In this document: positions 38,394 through 64,000 of the stretch, piece after piece
Layout: every line of letters begins with the position of its first letter
Numbering within the stretch: position 1 is the first letter of the stretch
Origin: Eledone cirrhosa
Lineage: Eukaryota
Reading direction: 5' to 3'
DNA: 64,000 bases
Assembly (NCBI GenBank): GCA_964016885.1
Contig: OZ024747.1
Span: forward strand, 26,908,001-26,972,000
Translations under genes and position numbers: made by a program
Notes under the pieces: generated by a model
Database searches by the model: none
What the model saw: only the letters and a program-made list of their open reading frames with translations
What the model was told of the DNA's origin: nothing

Positions 38394-39467
38394 TTAGTCG
38401 AGTTTTTTGCGTTTGGCAGCAGTTTTAGGACGAACAGCTCCTCGCCTCACTGCTGCCCTGTTGGATATAACTTTCAATGGTTTATCCGTCGGAATCAGTA
38501 ATTTTCCACAACTACTTTTACCCTGCTTTTTTAAGACATCGCGGAAAATATGTCGTAATTTTTCATAGTTGGGTTGTTCATCGTATTCTAGCTTCTCAAT
38601 AGATTTGAAGTAAGTTCTTAGACTTTCAACTGGAATTTTAGAAATGTTCTGTAACAACACTTCTTTTTCGTGTTTCACTTGTTCTTTATTTTGTGTATAT
38701 TTCTTCCAAGGCAAACTACCTGTAAGCCATTCATACATGCAGAATCCCAGAATTTGTAAGTCTCCTCTTCGAGATGGATCAGCACCATTATGAGCATCTA
38801 AACTGGTATATAACAACGTTCCATTGTGAGCATTCTTTTTCTCTAGTTTATACAGCTTGTGTTCGTTATTCAGAAAGAACTTTGACGCCAGACCATAATC
38901 TATCAGATATACCTTATCTACTTTATTACTGTCTGAAGCAAATAAAATATTACCGGCTTTCAGGTCGGCGTGGACAAACCCATGATGATGGATAAACTCT
39001 AAAGCATCTATCATTTGTATCGCAATATTAGAAACTGTAGGTTCATCTAGATGAGATCCATTGTATTCAAAAACTTTTTCCAAATCGACTCCTAATTTTG
39101 ATATGATTATGAAACGATATTTAACACCTTTGTATTCATGTATTCCATTTGATATGAACTCCGGTATAGCAAGATGAGTCAAATGTTTACCTTTCATGTA
39201 TTTTTCTATAATATTTGGTCGAGCAATCACCTGTAAAGCATGGAATTCGTTAAAAAGTGGACCGTTACCAACAGGTTCGACTTTAGCAACATATTCTTCG
39301 TCGGGTGAACTACCAACGTCTTTGGCTGTGTAAATTAAACCAAAGCCACCGGCACCTATCTTTTTTATAATTGAATACTCTTTCTTTTTGTCTGCAGACT
39401 TCAAAATTTCTCCTACAGGAAATAACTCCGCATGTTTATAACCTTTCGCAGCTTTAACTTTCGCCAT
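38394..39467 (-). CDS. VRK1: Vaccinia-related kinase (VRK1/NHK-1-like, CK1 group), single coding exon, 357 aa
   Basis: ATG at 39467 (MAKVKAAKGY...). IGAGGFGLIY, AKVEP.GNGPLFNE, HADLKAGN, LIDYGLA, HNGTLLYTSLDAHNG, SRRGDLQILG, LPW; catalytic motifs intact; basic C-terminal tail. The symbol denotes family, not proven orthology. Confidence 0.9.
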   Translation of the reverse strand: MAKVKAAKGYKHAELFPVGEILKSADKKKEYSIIKKIGAGGFGLIYTAKDVGSSPDEEYVAKVEPVGNGPLFNEFHALQVIARPNIIEKYMKGKHLTHLAIPEFISNGIHEYKGVKYRFIIISKLGVDLEKVFEYNGSHLDEPTVSNIAIQMIDALEFIHHHGFVHADLKAGNILFASDSNKVDKVYLIDYGLASKFFLNNEHKLYKLEKKNAHNGTLLYTSLDAHNGADPSRRGDLQILGFCMYEWLTGSLPWKKYTQNKEQVKHEKEVLLQNISKIPVESLRTYFKSIEKLEYDEQPNYEKLRHIFRDVLKKQGKSSCGKLLIPTDKPLKVISNRAAVRRGAVRPKTAAKRKKLD

Positions 39468-40379
39468 ATTTGGTGGGGAAAAACAACGATAATGGATAGT
39501 CAAATAAGAATATAAATTAACCGCCTTATTTCCTAGCCTCGTTTTCGATGTCAAGTGGAGATAATTCTAACTGACTAAATTAACTGCCGAATAATTCTTT
39601 ATCTTTTGTTCTGGCAGCGGTTTGTTCGTTTATCCACCCATTTCGCTTGCCTTTCTGTAATATTATTTATACAATTGTGAATAAAATAAGAATAAATAAA
39701 ATGAAATTAGAAAACAAAATATAATTCTTTATTTAAATGAATTAACAAAATCGTTTGTGCATCGAATGATATGCAGCGCAGTATTTCGTCATGGCCCCTC
39801 CACGCTTTGGTTTCAAATCCTGTCGAGGTCAACTTCGCTTTTTATCCTCCTGCTGTCGATAAAATAAAATACTAGGATTGATATAATCGACTTTCCCATT
39901 CCCCTTAAAAACTGCTGGCATTGTACCTAAATTAGAAACTATCGTTGATTTCTCTGACCCCAAATCGTCCCACCATGGAAAATAGTTATTCTTTGGCTGT
40001 GTTCATCAAGATATTTCAGTGGGCTTTAGAAATGCTTGGCAATACCCACCTCCTTTCTAAGCATCCAATTCTTCACAATAATTATAATACAGTAAACCAG
40101 CTAACCAACCAACCAACCAACCTACCAGCCAGCCCACCCACCTACCTACCTGTCTATCTATAACAGGAGAAAGAAAAAAGAATACAAGAAGGGGATAAAT
40201 TAAAAAATAAAGGGGAAAACCTGACACCTTCGGTTGGGTAAAGGAGAATATCTGTTAAACGGCAAAATCATACAAGCCTTCCCAACTTAAAGTGAAACCA
40301 GCCTATCCAAAATACCAGATGTTTCAATTAGCAAATAAAGTATTCTAGCAGACTATCTACTGACCTTGAAATAGGACCC

Positions 40380-42185
40380 CTCCCCTCCATGCCTGTTATC
40401 AGGAACTCATCTGATGTTCTTCTCTCTGAAAAGAGGTGTTCCTTATAAGATGGAGTGAATACTTTGTTTATCTCATAAATGCTGTCACAACATCTGATGT
40501 ACATTTAGGGGCAAAGATTAACCTCTTAGAGCCTGAGGTCACCAGAGCAATTAAAGCTCTTAAATTGCAGCAAGGCTACTGGCATGGATGAAATTCAGTC
40601 CAAGATGTTAAAAGCCTTCAATAGAGGTGTACTATGGTAGATGCATAATTTGGATCTTTGGAAAGGTAGCAAAGCAATGGCAATCAGGTGTAATAATCCC
40701 AATATTCAAAACAAGAGACAAGAGAGATTGCTCTAATTATATGAGAATCTCTTTGTTAAGCTTCCCTGGTAAAGTCTATACTAGCTAATGAATAGTGGTT
40801 TTTATCCCAGATATAACTAGTTGACTAAATATTCACTCTGCAGCAAGCCTTTCAGAAATCGTTAGAGTATTGCCAAGAGGTGTATGTTTGTTTTATGAAT
40901 CTCAGAATGGCATATGACCATGTTCTACAGGATTTGGGGAAAGTCCTGCAAGAGTATAGGATCGATGGACAGCTTCTTATTGTCTACAAATGCCCTAGTG
41001 TTTGTGTTCTGATACATAGTGTTAAGTCAAAGCCATTCAATATCAGTGTCTCACTCCACCAATGGTACATTCTGTCATCTCTCTTGTTCATAATCTTCAT
41101 AAATAGGATTGACATGCACAGCTAGGTTGGAAGTGGTATCAAGACCAGTGAGTGTAGAATCAGTTGGCTGGAATTTGGAGATAACATGGTGCTGTTTAAC
41201 TCATAAGAAAGTGAGCTCTGATAAGATCTTGATAGGTTTGCTGTCAAGTGCTGCTCAGCAGGAATGAAAATCAGTGCTGCGAAGACTGAGATACTTTTCC
41301 TCTCAAGGAAACCTATTCCACTGAAGCAGATGAAGTTCAAGTATCTTGAAGCCGTGTTCATGAGAGATGGAAGGCAGGAGGCTGAATTAAAAATTGTAGG
41401 AGCTTGTTCAGTAATATGCCATATTTAGCTTTCGAACATCAGAAGAAGGTAGGTGTAAAAGTCAAACTCACTATCTACAATTTGGTATTCATGCTAACCC
41501 TTATTGATGGTCATGAATCTTGGATAATGATTGAAAGAATATGATTGCGAGTACAAGTGGCTGAAATAAGGTTTCTCCGAAGGGTCTTTCGAACAACGTT
41601 ACTCGATAGGGTACATAGCTCAGAGATCAGGGATTTGTTCCCGGTACAATTGCTATGTCTCCAAATCAAGAGATCACAGCTCTATATGTGATTAGAATGT
41701 CTAAGGAAAGAATCGTTGATCAGATTTTACGAGCAAAGCCAACTAGCTGTAAACCTAAAGGTATACCACAAGCAAGATGTTTGGATAACATCCATGAGCT
41801 TGGTTGGTCTCATTTGGGGATCCAGCCATACAAATGTCTTCTACTGTAATCTCATGGTGACCAATCCCCTGTGAGTGGAATTTGGTAGAGGAAAGTGCAG
41901 AAACCAGTTGTTACCAATTAATTGGTAAAGACATCTATTGATTAGCAGGAAGAAATTGTTTACTAATGTTACTAAAGAATCGCTGGACAGATTTTATGAA
42001 CAAAACCAACTAACAGGAGACACATGGGTAGACCCGAGCAAGATGGTTGGATAATATCCATGAGCTTGGGGATCTAGCCGGATCAGTTGCAGACAGTTGC
42101 TTCTGACAGGACCCACTGGAAAGAGTGTTTGAGGACTCTGCCCCCATGGCCTTCTCAGGAAGAAGAAGAAAAAGAAGAATGGATG
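40380..42185 (+). mobile_element. Heavily decayed RTE-clade LINE (RT and 3' end)
   Basis: Broken frames with LLSFPGKVY, VHQ..ILSSLLFIIF, FKYL, LIDGHESW, KPKGIPQARCLDNI; 3' segment repeated at ~41970-42185; related minus-strand copy at ~59990-60450. Confidence 0.7.
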
Positions 42186-42524
42186 TCACGAAATAATTAC
42201 CTGGGATGAGGGTGTTAACCACCATCATTTAGAACATGACTTTTCATATTAATTAAACAGTAACATTCACTAGCCCTAAGTGAATGACAGAGAAGGGAGT
42301 AAAAAAAAACAGTCAGAAAGAGATAGACAGAAAAGTGAAAAAGTATAGAGAGAGAGAAGTGAGAAAAGGGAGATAACAAAAAAAAAGTAGTGAAGAAAAA
42401 AGAGCTGCAAGGGAGATAACCCCCAAATTCTTTGCGGTTTCTTTTGTTGGTAGTTATTTTGTTGGTAGTTATTAATCTACTGTATTTATTTTGAGATTTC
42501 ATCTACATTAATGAAACTATCTTG

Positions 42525-58454
<15,930 letters not shown>

Positions 58455-60689
58455 AATCATTTTCCACACTTCTATGATTTTATTTCATTTTTCATTATTC
58501 TTGTGTTTTGGAGAGTCATTGGAGTTTTACAAAGGGTTTCTTAGTTGCCTTGTGTCACCTGTTTGTTAGTCATCTCATATGTGACATGAGCACATGACAC
58601 TTATATGGTGCTCATTGTGTCACCTGTTGCACTAGTTTTGTCATATTGCTTAAATCTGTTTTCATGTTGGACAGGTTGCCATGGTCCAAGATTGTGTTGG
58701 AGAACCATATCTTGTTTATACATTGCATATTTTGGCATGGTTTCTATTGTTGGGTGCCCTTCCTAATGCCAACCACTTTGCAGAGTGTACTGCATGTATT
58801 TTATTGCATCACCAGCACTACCACTTTACAGATTATAATTATATAATACCTAGCTTTGTTCATTGTCTTAAAAGACAGTGAAACTTGTGTCACTAATGGT
58901 CAGGAGTTGTGCTGCAACATCCTTTATGACTTGAGTCAGCCATAAGCCCAGGCATTCATCAGGTAGGAGCTTATTCCATTTTCATTGGCAATAAGCAAGA
59001 GAAAGTACAAGACCTTGAAAAGGATACCAGTCCATCAAAAGTTTAAATCTCAATTGTCACTGGTTCTCGTGTCAGCTGAGTGAACTGGAATGATGTGAAA
59101 TGAAGTGTCTTACTCAAAGACACAATACGTTGCCCAGTCTTTGAATAAAAGCCATGATTTTACAATCATAAGCCCAGTGCTTTAACTACTAGGCTATATG
59201 CCTTCACTACTGTTATTAAAGCTACAATGGCACTAAGGAAACCTGGCTAGGGCACATGCCTGGTTTGAGTGTATGAAGCACCTGGGTTGGCTGGCTGCAG
59301 ACCTTGCTAATGTGGGTCCAAAGAAGTGTAAAACAGTATGTTGAGCACCAGTTTGGTTTCAGGAAGTGTTGAGTCAAATACCAGACCATCTTAGGGGCTC
59401 CACTCTAGATTTATAAAGTTTACTCCCCAGACGAGTGATCCCCAAATTGCATGCCTTGATGTACTGATGAGTTGCAAGATGTAATTAGGTGTGCTACAAA
59501 AGTGCAAGTTTCTACTTCAAAATGTGAAAAATACTAATTGAAATTCATAATAAAGGTCATAATATCTGTCAAAGTGGGAAACAATGAGACTAAGAATGAA
59601 AATATTGCCAAAAATATCAAATGCATTTCTCATTGATAACTTTGCACCATTTATCGACTAGAAAAGGAAATAAATATAATTTTTCTGTATTTTAAGTTAT
59701 CTATATTTCTACTTTATGCTATGCTTTCTTGCAAATAAATTTTGGAATTTAAATACAAAGTGTGCTAAAATAATTTTACTTGTTCTTTAGTCTGCCTTGA
59801 GTAAAATGACATTTGCAATGATCAATTTAGACTTTGTTTCACAAGACAGTGAAGTTATTTACCACTTGTTGGTGATTAATATTGAAGGATGGTCCCATTT
59901 CAGGTACTGTCATCTGAGACTCATGTCAGCCTGGGTTGTCACACCTTGAAATAGTTAAGTTGCTTACCATAATATCTATCTAACAATGCCAGTATATTCT
60001 TCTTCGCCCACTTTTCCTGAGAGGGTCGTGTGGGCAGTCCTCAAACACTCCTTCCAGCGGGTTGTCAGAAGCAACTGTCTCCAGCTGATCCGGCTAGATC
60101 CCAAAGCAGGACCAGCCAAGCTCATGGATGTTATCCAATCATCTTGCTCGGGATCTACTCCTGTGTCTCCTGCTGGTTGGTTTTGCCCGTAAAATCTGTC
60201 CAGCGATTTTTTCCTAAGACATTCTAACCACAAGCCCATAGCATCAGAGGTATACTCTCTCAATTCAGAGAAGTAGTGGCTCAACCTGGAGTGACTCTGA
60301 TTTCCAAGCTATGCATTTATCGAGTAACATTACTCCAAACACTCTTCGGAGTGATCATATTCTTTCAGTCATTACCCAAGATTCATGATCATAGGTAAGA
60401 GTTGGTCCAAATACTGAATTGAAGATAGCGAGTTTGTCTTTTATGCCTACCTCCCTTCTGATTACAGTGTATTCAATAATCAAAATATGCTAATTTACAG
60501 AACTCTTGGTTTTAAAACTACAACCATCACTTGCAATTAAGTATGCCTGGGTAGTATGTACCATGCTTTTGCTAGTATTGCCCTAGACTATGTCTAACTT
60601 TGTAGCACCACCTTACAAATTCTTTTAAATCATGTTTCATACTTATCATACTTTGAACACTATGGTCCACTCAAGTAAGGAGTTGGCAG

Positions 60690-61070
60690 AAACAAATACA
60701 GGTGTAGATGATCTATCTGGAATTTGTCCAGGAACCATTTGAATATTATGAGGTTTTCTTTTTCCTTGATGTGTCTCAATATGATATTAAAGAGAGCAGG
60801 GCCAGTTGATGTGATGGAGTTCTGTCAGTATTACAATGTGATGCACGCTTGGTTTTTGTTGGGGCAGAATAGCACGGGAACCAAGCCATGGGTAAATTTT
60901 AAAGTTGATACCAGGATCATTTGGACAGTATTGTTGGAATACTTTTCACACCATACAAATGATATAGCTCTCGTGAGGATAGAGTTTGAGCATTTCAAGC
61001 AGAGGACAGTATTATACCATATATTATGGAGTACTTCAAGTCTCATAATACTTTGTTGACTCTGAGAGAG
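60690..61070 (-). mobile_element. Decayed CR1-group LINE 3' fragment
   Basis: Minus-strand translation NSITSTGPALFNIILRHIKEKENLIIFKWFLDKF resembles the ORF2 C-terminus (GP.LFN.LP...FK..LDKF). Confidence 0.55.
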
Positions 61071-63129
61071 AGACCACAGTAGGTAACAGAACTGAAGATA
61101 AGACCAAGCAAAAGATAATTACATCTGGATGTTGAGACAAGAAATTTCTAAGAATGCCACTCACTGAATCTTTGAAGTTGTTAAATAATAAACAAAACAG
61201 AAAAAGTAGGATAGTCAGAGACTACAAACACTGAAGGCTTCAAGTAAAAGTATATCTCTCTCTCATGTGCATTTACATAAACGTGTATAAACACACTATT
61301 TGGTGAATGTTAACACTCCTGTCAGAATTCACTCTTTGACAGCTGTTTTTATTTTCATCTTAGAGGGTGTTCAAAATATCACTCTTCAGGCTTGGCGACT
61401 AAATTGTCAACCTTACCAACACTGCTTATTGGCGTTGATAATTTAGTCGCCAATGATTTGTCATTGTAACAAGTTGTAGTGGGTTATATGTTACCAGTGT
61501 AAGTGTATTAAAATAGGGGACGCACAGAACTAAGAGAATGGAAAAGACTATACATATTTATTCTTTTACACACGAGAAGAAAAAATCAAACATGGTCTGA
61601 ATTATGTCCCTTTAGTTACGCTTACTTATATATCTTCGTTTAGGTTTAGCCATTATTTTTCTTTCACACGCGCTCTATGTGTGTGTGTATGAGTAACTAC
61701 TTCCGTATTCATTTAAATAGGAAACATGTTTGAGGTGGATAGAGAGAAAGAATGAGATAGATGTATTGTTGTTTAGCCCATGCCGGGCTTGTTCGAGCAG
61801 ACCCATGATTCAAAGCATTCCACCCATGACCTTCCAGCAGTTGTTTTCTCATGCATTGTTGCTGTACCCCAAGGAACAACAGTATCAAATGCGCTCTTCC
61901 ATTTTGATGACGATATGGTGTAATGTGATCAATAAATTGTTGCTTAACGAGGCATTTATTTCTATTGTTTCTATTGAGTCACAGAGACTTGGATTTGTAA
62001 GGGGTGAACAGATGGGTTTGTGGGTCGATCGTTCTTTTTAAGGCCCCATAAGTGAAGTGAGATTGCCCCAAGTAGTGATCGAAACACTGCCGCCACCGAC
62101 TTAGCCAGTCGGAAATACATGGGGAAAGAACAACTGCAATACGACATGTGAGAGAAAGAGAGAGTGAGGGGTGGTGATGTTAATATAATAAAAATCTTGG
62201 GGAGAATAACAAGAGGAAGATGAGTTATTATAACAAAACAAACATATATTATTGGTCGGCAGTAGACGTTTGCTTGAGAGAGTGAGAGTGAGGTGGAATG
62301 TAAGGAAATACTTGTTCCAGAATCTACCATTCCATTCCAGGTAGTGAGGAATATTTCCACTGATGGTTGGGGAAAATATATCACTTGTAGCGAGTGGAGT
62401 AGGAGGATGGATTGTTGTTGGGATGTGTGGGGTGGTGGTGTAACAAAGATTGAATCATCGTTTCAGACTTGTTTGTTCTTAATTCCTTGTCGGTCGGAAG
62501 AAAAGAGAGGAAAGATGAAAAGAAGAAAAAATGAATAATGTCACACACAAACCACAAGCTGATCATTGGAAAGAGAAGTGTGGCGGCATTAGTAAATATA
62601 ACACCAGGCAAGAATCTCTACGTGGTTACACGGGCTGCTAAAAATAGCAGCCAAATATTATGTCATCAGGCAATGAGGGATCCCCAACATAGTCACACAA
62701 ACTGCTAAAAATAACAGCCAAATATAACACCAGGTAACGAGGAAGACTCTACATGGTCATTCTAAGTGCTAAAAATAGTAGCCAACGTTAGAATCTTTTA
62801 AAAAATCGACGGAATAGTCACGGCTGTCATGTCTTTGAGCATGTCTTGAGTTATTGAGTGACGCCTGAGCTCGAACTAAACAATCGAATGTATATCAAGT
62901 TCCAGCACAAGAAGGAATGGTTCTTGTGTCGGTAGTAGATGTGTGGTCTACATTGCACCAATCGTTAGATATTTCGACCACAAGAGAGGAGACCATGTGA
63001 TGTTGTGGTATAAATTACTTTCCCATGAGTATTAAGGGACCAACATACGTAAGATGGAATTGTATCACCTAAGAATGATCAAAACTTCCCGTTTATCTAT
63101 TGTTAAATAATAATCACAGTTGCAACACA

Positions 63130-64000
63130 AATATACATATGTACACACACACGTGTGTATGTAGTCACACACACACCCATATAGATAAATATATATATAC
63201 ATGTGTATATGTATATATATATATGTATACATGTGTATATGTATATATATATGTATACATGTGTATATGTATATATATATGTATACATGTGTATATGTAT
63301 ATATATATGTATACATGTGTATATGTATATATATATATATATATATACATGTGTATATGTATATACATACATGCGTGTATGTATATACATGTGTATATGT
63401 ATATGTATATACATGTGTATATGTATATGTATATACATGTGTATATGTATATATATATACATGTGTATATGTATATATATATGCAGGTATATATATGTAT
63501 ACATGTATATATATGTATACATGTATATATATGTTTATATATATATATATACATGCATTTATATATATATATATATGCATATATCTATATCTATGCATAT
63601 ATATCTATCTATGTATATATACATATATATATATCTATGTATATATATATATATACATATATCTATGTATATATATATACATAGATATATATATATGCAT
63701 AGATATATGTATATATATATGCATATATATATACACATATATATATACATACATACACATATATAAACATACACATATATACATAGATATATATAAATAT
63801 ATACATATATAAATATATACATATATATATACATGATGATGATGTTATATATACATAGATATGTATATACATATATGCACACACACACATATGTATGTGT
63901 ATATATAGATATGTGCGTATACATATATGTGTATATATATGTGTGTGTATATATATATACATAAATATGTATACATATATATGTGTATATATATACATAT
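63130..64000. repeat. Long compound (TA/TG/CA) microsatellite with higher-order ATACATGTGTATATGT units
   Basis: Direct inspection; runs to the window end. Confidence 0.95.

Noticed and set aside
38394-39467. Endogenous poxvirus insertion carrying a B1R-like kinase
   Set aside because: No other virus-like ORFs nearby, and motifs (NGPLFNE, TSLDAHNG, SRRGDL) fit cellular VRK1 at least as well; only a phylogeny could revive this.
39468-39554. 29-aa N-terminal extension of the kinase ORF
   Set aside because: It starts at a non-ATG codon in the ORF track; VRK-like sequence starts at the ATG at 39467.
63065-63998. Many overlapping Y/I/M/C/V-rich ORFs (also at 33665-34155, 44283-44712, 46944-47466)
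   Set aside because: Translations of TA/TG microsatellites that lack stop codons; no coding signal.

Overview
AT-rich, repeat-dense eukaryotic DNA. The SINE/RTE repertoire, (TA)n/(TGA)n microsatellites and gene set point to an octopod cephalopod (inference). I built five protein-coding genes by hand from GT-AG sites with consistent phases: the 3' part of PIGW (+, 4 exons), an unrecognised 308-aa gene ending in a CaaX box (+, 4 coding exons), complete CHID1 (-, 10 coding exons, 390 aa), an intronless VRK1-like kinase (-, 357 aa) and a two-exon FAM98-like gene (+, 349 aa, 14.9-kb intron packed with RTE LINEs). Mobile DNA includes a CR1-group LINE nested in a TTAA MITE, RTE LINEs with a PHD finger just after the RT core, a decayed hAT element with an 8-bp TSD, tiny Tc1/mariner-type MITEs, Penelope and L1/Tx1 fragments and many SINEs. 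The most striking unexplained signal is a set of short fold-back elements, mostly unrelated in sequence, embedded in (TA)n tracts. Each contains a complete or half type-I hammerhead ribozyme fold, consistent with Penelope-derived non-autonomous retroelements. A second signal is a duplicated CaaX-encoding tail just behind the orphan gene. All folds and alignments were done by eye; no databases were searched.
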